Below, one piece after another: positions 23,992-35,410 of a stretch of DNA of 64,000 nt. Numbering within the stretch: position 1 is the first letter of the stretch; each line of letters starts with the position of its first letter. The notes under the pieces are model-generated. The model worked only from the letters and a program-made list of their open reading frames with translations, was not told the DNA's origin and searched no databases. Made by a program: the position numbers and the translations under genes. The stretch is from Chlorokybus atmophyticus (lineage: Eukaryota > Plantae > Mesostigma and Chlorokybus algae), in assembly GCA_009103225.1 (NCBI GenBank), contig RHPI01003369.1, positions 441,500-505,499 on the forward strand, in the 5' to 3' direction.

Positions 23992-26900
23992 CTAAGCACA
24001 TATGCCGAGTCCCTTGCAACATGCCTTGAACTTCAGCGGTGACAGTGGCTTCGTCATGAAGTCCGCGAGCATGTCTTCCGTATTGCAATATTGGAACTCA
24101 ACCTCCTTGCGTGTGACTCTGTCTCGCACAAAGTGATGCATGACATCAATGTGCTTTGTCCTTGTCGAGGCGATGGGGTGCTTCAGCAACTTAATGGCGC
24201 CTTGGTTGTCGCAGTTGATCGTGATGCACGCCATCGGGTGCTCCAGATCTGCCATCAGCTTGCGAAGCCATAACGCCTCCTTTACTGCAGCCGATGCTGC
24301 CATGTACTCCGCTTCCGAAGTAGATGCTGCTGTTGTAGGTTGCAGCCTACTGTTCCAGCTCACCACGCTTCCATTCAACTTGAAGACGTACGCCGTGGTG
24401 GACCTCCTGCTATCGAGGTCACCTGCAAAGTCTGCGTCGCAATAGCCCTCCATCTCTGTGCTTCCGCAACCAAACTTGATGCCAACACTTGCGCTTCCAG
24501 CCACGTAGCGCAATACTCCCTTCGCTGCACGCCAGTGCTCCATGCTTGGTGCAGACATGTAGCGCGCAAGCACTCCAACTGCATGTGCGATGTCGGGTCT
24601 TGTGCACACTGCTAGGTAGAGCATACTCCCAACAAGCTCACCATAGGGATACTGAGCCTTGTCGAGTACTTCCTCATCTTTCGCTTTGACGAGGTTGGTG
24701 CCGAGTGCCAATGGAGTAGACTTGGTCTTTGCTTCGTTGAGTCCGAACTTGGTGACAAGTTGCTTCACCATCTGCTCTTGGCTGATCTTGATTGTGCGTG
24801 CTGCTCTGTCACGCTCTATCACCATGCCAAGAAATAACTTGACCTCTCCAAGGTCGCGTACTGCGAATGCTTGCTGCAATCCGTGCTTCGTTTGCTTCAG
24901 GTCTTCAACTTGCTTGGCCGTGACGATGATGTCGTCCGCATACACGAGCAAGTAAACCTTCTTCTCTTCATGGATGAAGAGCCCCGGATCCTCTGAGGAT
25001 GCTTTGTAGCTGAGTTTCTCCAACTCTTTCGTGAGGCGAATGTGCCACACACGTGGTGCTTGTCGCAGCCCATACAAAGCCTTGATCAACTTGCAAGCCA
25101 TGCCTGGCTCCCCTTCTGCGTAGCCTGGTGGTTGCTTGGTGTAGATCTCTTCCTCCAGCTCTCCGTAAAGGAAAGCAGTCTTCACATCAAGGTGGTGACA
25201 CTCGAGGTCTTCAGCAGCAACCATGGCGATCAATGTGCGGAAGGTTGCATGCTTACTTGCAGGTGCAAACACTTCATTGAAATCCACACCTTCTTGTTGC
25301 AAAAATCCCTTTGCCACCAACCTTGCCTTGTAGCGCTCGATGTTGCCTTGACCATCACGCTTCACCTTGAACACCCACTTGACCGGAATGGGCTTCACAC
25401 CTTGCGGGGGCTTCTCCAATACCCATGTGTTGTTGGCATGGAGTGATGCAATCTCATCATCCATAGCTCGCTGCCATTGTTCTGCATCTGGTGCTCGCAA
25501 TGCCTCCTCGTAGGTGCTTGGTTCTTCACTCTCGTCATTGTGCACACTAGCGATGTGTGCCTTGTAGAAGTCAGGTGCTTGTCTTTCCCTCACTGGGTAG
25601 CGTCGAGCTTGCTCCTGCTGCTTCTGCTTCTCGCCTGCTACAGATGAGCCCTGCTCTTTATTGATGACTGATGCCTCGCCTTCAACCTCTTCTCTGCTTG
25701 AAAGCTCTTCAGGTTGTGCTTTGTCATCTTCATCTTGAGGGTAGAAACCTTCTTCAGCTTCAACTTGTGATGAGCCTTCGTGGAACACGACTTCTCTGCT
25801 CACCACAATCTTGCGCGTGTCCTCCAGTAGGACCTTGTACGCCTTTGAGCCTGGTTCGTAGCCAACGAAGATGCCCTTCTTGCTGACCGGCTCCAACTTG
25901 TGTCGCAATTGACTTGGCACAAGTGCATATGCCACACATCCGAACACACGCATGCCACTCACATCTGGCGCTTCACCGTAAAAGAGCTCCCACGGAGTCT
26001 TTTGCTCAGAGCTTATCGGTGAACGGTTGCGGATGTAGTTGGCAGTGAGAACGGCCTCTTTCCACAGACTGTCCTCCAACTTGGTGTCATTGAGCATGGC
26101 TCGAACACGCTCCAACAACGTTCGGTTGAGACGTTCAACTGCTCCATTCTGTTGCGGAGTGTATGGTGCTGTTGTCTCATGCCGTATACCTTTGCTGGCG
26201 AAGAACTCTTTGAGCTGGGCGTTGATGTACTCCCCTCCTCGATCACTTCTCATTGCTTTCATCTTCTTGCCCGATTGAATCTCAAGCAATGCAATGACTG
26301 TACGCACAGCTCCAGCGACTTCTGACTTTTGAATTAAAGGGAAGACGATGGAAAGCTTGCTGTAGTCGTCGAGGAATGTTGCAAAGTACCTTACCCCTCC
26401 TTTCACCACAATGCGCATAGGCCCGCAAACGTCCATGTGCACAAGCTCGCAGGGATGTTTGCTACTTGAAGAAGTTCATGAGAACGGCATGTGATGCTGC
26501 TTGGCCAACACACAGGGATCACAGAGCGTAGTTGAAGACGCTTGAAAATCTTCCTTGCTCCCAGTAATGCCCTTCACCATGTCTTCAGCGACCAGGCGTG
26601 TGAGGTTGCTGTAGCCCAAATGCCCGAACCTTCGATGCCAAAGCTCAGCCGTCTCCTTCTCCTTCACAATCATGGCCTTGCTGCCATGAGTCTGCTCCAC
26701 AATGTAGAGCCCTCCTCGTTGGGTGCCGACCATGTACTCGACCCCATCCATGCGTACGGAGCAGCGTCCCTCCCGGATCACTATCTCAGCTCCCACGCGC
26801 TCAGCAACTCTCACAGAAAACAAGCTTGCAGCAGCTCCAGGTACGTGCAATACTTCACGCAGTAGAACCTCTCTCTCACCATCACCAATCTTGCATTGAA

Positions 26901-27801
26901 GCCTCATTTCACCAACTCCTATTGCTTCCAACTCGTGACCACTAAAGCCTTCCACCTTCCTTGTGGTTGACATCTTCCTGTAGTTCTCCATCACCTCCTT
27001 GTGCGGTGTGAGATGCTGGTCACAGCCTGAGTCAATTGCCCATGAAGTTGTATCAAACTTCCTTGAGGCAGTAAATGCAACACCCTTTTCTTTGCGTTGA
27101 GCGTTGCTACTGGTGCCTGCTTCAGATTGCTCTCGTTGGCGCTTACGACAATCCTTTGAGATATGTCCTTTAATACCACAATAGTGGCATGTGAGATTCT
27201 TGAACTTTGAGTTGCTGCCTTTCGCCTTGTTCTTGTCTTCATAGGTGCTTAATCTCTTGTATTTGTCTCGTGTGTAGAAGGCCACAGCGTCCGCTTGCTC
27301 TTCCTTCTTTGAGACGCGTTGCTCCACAGTGAGCAACTTGGGTAGCACATCGTCTAGGGTTAGCTCCGATGACGATGTCTCGAGCAGAGTAGCGACAACT
27401 TCGTACTCTAATGGCAGTCCTGCAACAATCGCCAATACGACCTCCGTCTCTTCCATCTTGTGGCCGACGTTGATGAGATCCGCCCACAGCTCTCCCGCAC
27501 GTGCAACATACTTTGTGACCGGCTCGGCCATCTCTTTATGAAGCGCGCTTAGCTGCTTGCGTAATTGTATCTTTCTGGCGCTGTTCTTGGCTTGAAATAC
27601 GGCTGCAAGCTTCTCCCAAGCTTGTCTGCCATCTTCACATGCTGTGAGCATGGGAAAGTGATGTGGCTTGCAGTTAAGCACCATCAAGGAATGTGCTTCA
27701 ACTGAGTGTTCAAGCCAGATGCTTCCTTCTCCTGCTCTTGGTGCAGATGCCTTCGGGTCAACATACTTCCACATCTTCTTGTGGATAAGTAGTGCCTTCA
27801 T
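23992..27801 (-). pseudogene. Copia gag-PR-INT-RT-RH polyprotein with one in-frame TGA (26476-26478) and probably a mutated start codon
   Basis: CHYCGIKGHISKDC, WAIDSGC, HMDVCGPM, RSDRGGEY, QQNGAVER, KARLVAKGF, YADD, GYCDADFAGD, TKHIDV. ORFs 26476-27801 and 23992-26442 share a frame. Confidence 0.95.
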
Positions 27802-28192
27802 CTCTACGCACCAAGTGCTGTAGTTGTTTGTGTCCAGCTTTGTGATCAGCTCTTTATCGTAGCTCGCCTCTATCTTTTCCGCGCCTGCTTTCTTCTTGCA
27901 GTTAGCACTTGAGACTTGCTTTGATAATCTTCACGTGTTGTGACTTGAGTGACTTTGCTGACTTCAGTATCTTGAATCTACACTTCACTCTTGAGTGACT
28001 TCAATGACTTCGGTCTTGAATGACTTTGGTCTTCACTTCACTCTTCAGCGCCTTCAGTCTTGAGTAACTTCGGTCTTCTCTTCACTCTTCAGTCTTGAGT
28101 GATTTCGATCTTCACTTCAATGCACTTTGTCACTTTCTTTTTTTTTTTTCACTTCACTTTCTTTCTCTTTCTCACACTCTTCACGCGTAGTG

Positions 28193-28205
28193 TGGGCCCA
28201 TAACC
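28193..28205 (-). other. Copia PBS complementary to an internal fragment of initiator tRNA-Met
   Basis: GGTTATGGGCCCA immediately after the 5' LTR, as known for Drosophila copia and algal Osser-type elements. Identical at 62127-62139. Confidence 0.85.
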
Positions 28206-28607
28206 TGTTGAGAAGCAAGCATGCAAGTGAAGAGGGCAAGCAATGACACACAAGAGAAGGCAACACACTTCCCAATTTATTACCAACAGACCGCGGGGTT
28301 ATATACCCGCCAGTCAGTACACAGTTTGTACACACTGCTGGTCTACATGCAACAGCGTCCGATATACTGAACCATATCCTACGCTGTAAGATGTGCCACG
28401 TAGCTAACTTGATAAGCTTTGTAACAAGCTATGCCACGTTCTATAAGACTGAGTATCCTAGGAGATATGACACTTCTCCTAGGACCCTTCTCTGCAGTCC
28501 GCGCCAGGACCTTCATGTCCGGAGTCTTCGAGGTCCTCCCATCGAGGTCCCTTCTCTTCTCTCTTGTATGCAGGGCAGGCTGACCGGATGTAGGAATATC
28601 TTCAACA

Positions 28608-29930
28608 AGCCTCCAGCTTCTCGCGAGTGTCTTCTGTGGCCAACGGGCCAATGGCATGGTCCCAGGAGGTTGCACTGGCAACCACAGGAATGTCCTCCAC
28701 TGTCACTGCTGCTTGCTCCTCCATGTGGATCACCTCGAGGGCTGTGTGAGCTGCCTTGGTGTCGGCCACGCGATCAGCCCACCCCCCAGCCAAGTGTTCG
28801 AGATCCTCGAAGGACACGTGGCGGTCCTGTAACGCGAAGCTCAGCTCCAGCAGCCATACCATGCTGTTTTGGTTCATGGCGCGACCAAGCAGCTGGCATT
28901 GCTGACTGTCCGTCAGCGATGAGCCCGTGACGCTGTTGGGGAAGAATCCCATGGCGCGTTCACGTTCGCGTGCGTTGGGTTCTTCCAGCCTGTTGGTGGT
29001 CGCATCGAACACCATCCCGTCACCACCGTTCCGAAATGCGTAGGAGCCCGGGTAGGACACCAATGTTGGGAGTGCGCGACGGGGCTGACCGGGCTGATTG
29101 CACGGGTAGAAGTGGTTGTGGTCATGACGCAGGACAGGTTGTGCTGTGCGGCCGGGGTCAAGGATATCGTCGACCAGCAGGTTGCGCAGCCGAGCGCTGC
29201 ATGTGTATTCGGCGGTCATGAGTTCCTCCACGGTGGCCAAGTTTGTCCATTTGGCACGTACACGATGTGCGCGCGAGCCATGTCGTGCCGCGTTCACCTT
29301 GAGTGGGTGCCCCAGAATGGAGCAAACTTGTCGGTAGCTGGCCACGTGCGGACGCTTGTCGTCCTCTAAATGCACATTTTCGACGGCGTACCCCAGGGGT
29401 CTGGAGATCTGGTGGTGTTGAAGGAGGTGGATGATTCTCATCAGCTCCCAGAACAGCCCGGAGCGAGGTTTTTCGAGGCCTTGCCCCTTGCCTGCCCTGG
29501 AGTGCCCTTGACATTCCCATCCAGCTATTAACAGGTCGACGTTGCCGAGGGACAGTAGGTGATCTTCAGTGATCAGCCGGATGTCCTGTGGCAATGCTTT
29601 GAGGCTGCCTTGCGACGCCGAGAGGGGTAGTTGACGTGGATACCTGGCGTGCAGTTGGCGTAAGTGGTGCTTGAGGACCGTTTGCGCGTGTGGGTATGGG
29701 TCGCAGTAATAGTATTTGACAACCTTCACGCCCGTGTTGAGGACCGCAGCAAGACCACTGCCAATGCCTCCAAACAGCTCCAACACTGTGATGCCCTGTT
29801 GCCTGCGAAAGGTGTGGAACTCCACCACTCCGGTGGCCACCATATGGTGGTCCTGCACCTTGACGTGGCTTTGGTAGTTGGGGAAGCGCGTGGTGATCAG
29901 TGGATGGCTAAGCAAGATGTGTGCGTCCAC
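28608..29930 (-). pseudogene. C5 cytosine DNA methyltransferase domain, originally fused in frame to RT
   Basis: Motif I VLELFGGIGSG, II YYCD, IV LIAGWECQGHSRAG (Cys at 29511-29513), VI AVENV, VIII HRVR, IX RERERAMGF, X LLGRAM. Removing the copia gives ...EKLEA|LVSKWRSQF... in frame. Confidence 0.93.
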
Positions 29931-30673
29931 TGTGCGCGCCAGCGCCGTTCAGCTGGGTCTTGTAATGCTACTTCCACGGTGGCATCCTCCTGCTCCTCGT
30001 TGTACGGGATGGGAGAGGAGTCGCCGGTTCGACACGGGGCCGTGGCACCAGCAGCGACTTGCGTCCGAGCGCCGTCGTATGTGGCCATTACAGCCTTCCG
30101 GGTGCGGGCGTGGCTGCGTGTGGCCATGGCAGCCATTTTGCGTTGGGCGCGCGTGCGCGAGACCAACTCGAGAGGCAGGAAACCCTGTACCTCTCCGTCA
30201 TCCTCATCCCAATGTGGCCGAAACCACGCTCGCTCTATCCAGCAGTCGAGGCCCATGCCCACAGGGAAGTTGAAGTCCTGCCCAAGTAGAAAGTCGAAGG
30301 AGCCGGCATTGGTGACCACACATTGCTGGACGATCTCGGTCGAGTGGGTTGGGTCCAGCCCTGTCAACCGAATGCAAAAGGCCTCCCTGGTGACTCCCAT
30401 CACCTTATCCCGGCTACCTGTGGCAGTGTCCAACACGTACGGGCAAGGCACCAAGTCGGAGCTGGTTATGCCTAGGGACCGCGCGAGGAAGCGCCCGATG
30501 ATGACAGGCTGTGCTCCAGTGTCCAGCATGACTCGCTTGGGTGCCAGACCGTTGATGGTAACGTGCTTGCCTTGGTTGGCCACCATGGCAGCATTGGCGT
30601 CGATACGCAGCCTCTTCATACGAGGTGTCTGTACCTCTGACTCAGGTGTCTCAGCTGGCGGTGCTGAGCGCAT
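29897..30673 (-). pseudogene. Retropepsin (aspartic protease) domain of the gypsy polyprotein
   Basis: VMLDTGAQPVII ... FLLGQDF. Confidence 0.9.
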
Positions 30674-32609
30674 GGCAGCCAGAGCTCCTCTGCCTGCTGG
30701 GGTCCGGAGAACCCCCTCCTTGCCCTCTCCCTCTGCCGAACCGACCTTGTCGTGATGGTTGGTAGACTCGGGGGGGCCTCGGTGCTGGAGGTTCCGGCGC
30801 TGGTTGTGGTGGCGGCGCAGGTGGATGACGCCTCTGCGAAGCTAGAATCATGCCCGCGGGTGTACCCAATGGCTGTGGAGGAAACCTCGGCGGACCCGGT
30901 GTTTGTGGGCCTGCCTCGCGTTCAGCTTGCTGAGCGGCGTACGTCCATCAAACAGCATGAGCCGCTTCTCTGACCAATGTCCCTTCCCGCGTGGCCGTGG
31001 GCTCGGTGTCCGTGTCGGTCCAATGATGATATTGAGGCATGGGCTGCAGGTATACGGCGCTTAGTAGCTGTCGCCGCATGTCGTGAATGATGGTGGGGAC
31101 CCGCAAGATCCTTGCCATGTAGGCATCCCACCTTCCTTGTACCACTCCCACATCAAGCACGGTCATGGCGCGAGCGCGTAGGGTGCGCTGGAGGTCAGTC
31201 TGCTGTGCGTGTAGCTCATGAGCAATGGCGATGCGCCGCCGTTGCCGTGCGGCTTCCACCCCTGGCAGCCGCAGCATTGCCTCTTGCACTCCCTCCAGCG
31301 TGTCCGGGGCTGTGGTGGCAGCCTCGTCGTATGCTTGTCGCAGCGAACGAACGAATGCCCCCAACCATGATCTCTCTGCTGGGTTGCCAAAGGCAAACAG
31401 GGGGACAGCAGGGTGATTGGCAACGAGCCATGTCACGAGACGGGCTCGAGCGGCGCTGCCCTCTTGCATCCCCATCATCTGTCTTAATGTGTTGCCCTCA
31501 GGCCTGTGCAACATGACTGCTTGCCGGATGAGTGCGGTACGGAGTTGTTGCTCCCCCACCATACCAGCTCCTCCTCGTTGTGTGGTGTCCCCTTGCGGGG
31601 TGAGGTACCCTCGCCCTGCATCGCGTTGATCCTCAGGCATGTCTTCGACCAAAGGAGGCAGCAGCGGGGCGATTACCCCCCTCAATTGTTGCGCCAACGC
31701 CCTCGCTTGGTCTGCCATTGTTACGTGTCCTGGCTGCTCGATGGCGATTGCCGTGGAGGCGCTGGCCACATGTGCTGGCGCTACGGTCGGTACGATAACG
31801 GCGTGTGCTGCTTCGTACGCTTGTCGGCGCGCGTCCACTTGGGCAGCTTGGTCCATGCGATAACGATGGGCCTGTTCGAGTGCAGAGAAACGCTCTTGAC
31901 GACTGCCTGGAGTGAGCCCCCGGAGAGCGGGATCAGCGCCCAGCGCGATGTCAGACATGGTGACCACGAGGTCTTGCATTTTGTGCCGCTGGAGGCCGAG
32001 TGGGTCCAGTGGTGAGGGCTCGAAGTCGATCTGTTGAGCGGGCATGGGTTGCTGCGTTTGACTGGGTGCGCCCTGCAATCGTGCGTGTAATGCCAGGAAC
32101 AACTGGATGGTCAGCTCCAATACCGCAGGTTGTCGGTAGGTGACCCCGAACAGACGATCCCTCATCTCTGGTGCAGTGCCGGCGAGGATTTCATCCTCCA
32201 GCTGTTGTTGTGTGGGTTCCGGCAGCGTGTGGTACTCTGGAGGTGGTAGGGGCAAGATGCGGTCATCGCGTGCCACGCGCGTGGTGCGTTGCCCCCCTGG
32301 TCCGTACGCAATGGTGGTGGGTTCCACGTTGCGTAGAACCGACGCCCAGGCGCGCTCTGCTTGCGGCCCGCGTGGCACTTGCTGTGTGACGTCCAACGCT
32401 GGTGGCGGTGCCGTTCGTCCCTCAGGAAGTGGTGCAGTGGGTATGGCAGCACTACTGGTGGTGGCACCTGCAGCAGTCGCTGTTACTGAGGTGGCGGCTG
32501 TGAGGGTGGCAGCAGTTGCGGTTGATGTGGTCGCTTCGATGGAGGCAGGAGTGGTGGATTCACCACTTACGCAACGACCATGGTTGTTGCGGCGTGGGTG
32601 CTCTCCATC
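30651..32609 (-). pseudogene. Unknown ~650-aa region between Gag and protease (one in-frame TGA at 30948-30950)
   Basis: ORFs 30948-32651 and 30651-30869 share a frame. Thr/Ala linker, helical-looking core, Pro/Arg/Gly-rich end. Confidence 0.65.
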
Positions 32610-32614
32610 ACCGG

Positions 32615-33139
32615 TGTAACAGCACCACCGGCGCCGGTGATGCCCCTTCAATCCTCTACCCCAACACCCACACCGCCTATGACAAGCCCTTCAACGGCGT
32701 GGCCGCCACTGAGCAGAGAACTGAAAGTCCCCACATCAGATTGATGTGACCTTTTATATCAAGAGTATATCAACAATATACCTCTCAATAACTAACTCAC
32801 AACTAGACATCGACCCTACAGATAGGGTAGTTAGGAAATCTAGCGTAAGCGAATCACAGCTCAGATAAGGTACCTATCGATAAGGTACCTATCCAAAGAT
32901 ACCTATCGTAAGGTACCTAACGAGATAGTGATCACATTATATCAAATGTGACACTAAATAGGCTTGAATAAGCGGTTCTACACCCATTGGGACTTATTTA
33001 AGCTATGATAAAGCATCATAGCCTTTAATAAGCGAGGAACCGTAGAAAAGAGGTATAAATAAGCATATTTAAATACTTATTCATACAAATGTGTTATTTA
33101 GGTAGCAATAATACCCCTATTATTATTGCTCCCGTTACA
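32615..33139. mobile_element. Solo LTR (525 bp)
   Basis: TGTAAC...GTTACA termini, TSD ACCGG (32610-32614 and 33140-33144), internal tandem GATAAGGTACCTATC motifs. Confidence 0.9.
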
Positions 33140-33144
33140 ACCGG

Positions 33145-35191
33145 GGACAGCGTGGTGCCAAGAGTGCTGACACCTGCTGTCGTGGTCGGTGTGGACGCCG
33201 ACGGTGTCGTCGACGGCGTCGTCCCAGCGGTGGTTGTGGCTGCGGAGGCAGCGCCACTTGTGGCGTCCGATGATGCCGCTGTTGACGACGCGCCAGCTTC
33301 CCTCCGCGCACGTCTGGATGGTTGTACGCGTGACGGCGTGGGAGTGTCCCTATCCCGTTTCGGTGCCATCAGTGCCCACCTAGCAGCATAGCAGGCTTGA
33401 TAGTCCTGCTCCTTGTTCTCCTCCAGCTGTGCCACGCGCGCCATCAGGGCTGCCACTTGGTCAATAGCCGGTGGATTGGTTGGTGCCTTTACAGCAGCAG
33501 CTCCAGCGCGAGGACGTCCCTCAAGTCCTGTGTGCTGTGGAGGGCGGTTTTTCCCTCTATAGCCAACTTCTTCCTTGCGGGCGCCAGCGTTATTGTTGTT
33601 GTTGGGGTTGTGGCCACCAGCGTTGTTGCCGTTGTTGCGACCACTAGCGTTGTTGCTGTTGTTGTAGCCGCCAGCGTGGTTGCTGTTGTTGTAGCCCCCG
33701 TTGTTGTTGTTGTTGTTGTTGTTGCCGCGGTAGCCAACAGCGTTGTTGCCGTTGTTGTAGCCAATAGAGGGCCGCAGCTCAGGGAACTTGAGCCAGCATA
33801 CTGTCTCCAAGTGTCCCGTCTTGTGGCAGTGGTCGCACACAAGGTTGCCGTAATCTTCGGTGCACTCTTTTTGGTAGTGGCCATGTCGACCACACCGGTG
33901 GCACTGGAGCCACAAGGGCAGCATGAGCTGACCGTTTATCCTTGTAATGGATGCCTTGCGGCTCGCGGCTGCGGTCCCGCCGAAGAGGCTCTGCACTTGT
34001 GCCTGCCATAGGCCGTGAGGCACTGCGGTCGGTGTCCAGCACCGCTTTCTCATACACTGCGCGCTTATGGATGGCTTGTGCCGTCTCGAAAGCTTCCTTG
34101 AGGGTGTAGCCGAGGGGCCTGCTGTAGTTCAGCGTCAGGCGCGTTGACTCACTCAGGGTGGGATCCAGCTCGGCCACATACACCACTGCTGCCGCCTCCT
34201 CACTGACGATCTTGTAGTCAGTGTCTTTAAGCAACCCTTCCAACCGTGATTACAGTCGGAGAGGGTCCTCGTGGAGCTTCCGTCGAAAACGCCTCAACTC
34301 CTCCACCTTGCTGTTGGTTTGAGGTGGGAAGGTGCGCCGAAGTGCGGCGTAGAGGTCCTTCAACGGGGAGTCCGACATGGCCGCGCCCACCGTAAGCGCG
34401 GGTGCACGCAATGCCACTGAGCCGAGGGTGAAAACACTGGCTCCCGCTGGAGCACGCGAGTTTGGTGTTGGTAGCAGGGGCGTACCCATCTCCAATGCTG
34501 CAACTTGCTGCTCCTCTTGTTGCTCCCTGATGATGGCAGCGGTGCGGTTGAGTATTCTCATCCGGCGCTCGGCCTTCTTGCTTTCGATCTCTGCAGGAGT
34601 CAATGAGGCCACTACCACCTCAACCTCTTCATTCTCTGCCTTCTCCATGGCTGCAGCTAGAGTGAGACCCGTGACTGAGGCGGGCGGGGCCGCTGCTACA
34701 GGGACAGTAACCGATGGGCTGTGCAGTGACGTGGCGGCTATTGTGCTGGCCAACTCGCCATAGCCATCAATCTTGTGCAACTCAGCGACGGACTTCCACA
34801 CATCATGTGCTTCGTGATCAAGGTATTGGGCGGACACATGAAACGATACCTCGTCTGTCCAAACCTTGCTCTTGAGGGCTTGATGCCGCATCTTGGAGTG
34901 GAACTTGATGATGAACTCGTCAAGTGAGGTGGTGCCAGGGCGTCCGGAGAAGCGTAGGGAGTTGGTTGAGCTCGCAGACTCCATCTCTTCGTCGTCACTG
35001 TCCGATGGTGGTGGAGATGCTCGTTGACGAGGAGTGGAGTGAGAGGAGGTGAAGCCGGAGACGGGGCGTGAGCCTCTGCTGCTACGGTAATCGCTCCCTT
35101 CACTTGCGCGCTCGTAGGTAAGGTTGGAGGTTGGGCTCCAGCTGTTGAGGTCCCCTTCTTCTATTGGCGAGAAAGGGGTGGGCCTGCTCAT
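33145..35191 (-). pseudogene. Gag with two CCHC zinc knuckles and Asn-rich tract (stop at 34250-34252, frameshift ~33920)
   Basis: CHRCGRHGHYQKEC and CDHCHKTGHLETVC. Capsid-like FSGRPGTTSLDEFI...YLDHEAHDVW. Confidence 0.85.
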
Positions 35192-35390
35192 ACAGCTGAT
35201 GCGATGGTGAAAGTGGATGAAGGGTAGAGTGTTTGTGCTCTACAATGGGATCTCCAATGCTGCTATCACCCAACACACTAGCGCTTGTGCGCGCTATGCA
35301 ATGACGGTGACAACACTGCACTGTGATGTGTACAACTACAGATTGCGATGCTGATGTACAGCCTGCAACTACACTCACTTAAGCAAAGAG

Positions 35391-35405
35391 GGTGACACTG
35401 TAAGT
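35391..35405 (-). other. Candidate self-priming PBS (ACTTACAGTGTCACC)
   Basis: Perfect 15-nt complement of 35697-35683 in repeat A1. Begins where A-repeat homology ends. Confidence 0.7.
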
Positions 35406-35410
35406 CAACA

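Larger units (their letters stand above)
23545..28607 (-). mobile_element. Nested Ty1/copia retrotransposon, near full length
   Basis: 402-bp LTRs at 23545-23946 and 28206-28607 (TGTTG...CAACA, 5 differences), TSD AGCCT, PBS GGTTATGGGCCCA at 28193-28205, PPT GCGTGGGAG. Confidence 0.97.

Noticed and set aside
26476-26478. Programmed stop-codon readthrough in copia
   Set aside because: The stop lies inside the integrase region rather than at the gag-pol boundary, so it is most likely a point mutation.
28608-29930. DNMT as part of a bacterial restriction-modification system or contamination
   Set aside because: It is fused in frame to gypsy RT, inside a TSD-bounded element, among intron-containing eukaryotic genes.
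29664-30755. Long antisense ORFs over TE coding regions (also 20619-21131, 31506-32015, 33397-34011)
   Set aside because: Expected shadows of GC-rich coding strands, with no recognisable motifs.
29897-30760. Programmed ribosomal frameshifts around the protease
   Set aside because: No clear slippery heptamer, and the element has several other 1-nt indels and stops, so decay is the simpler explanation.
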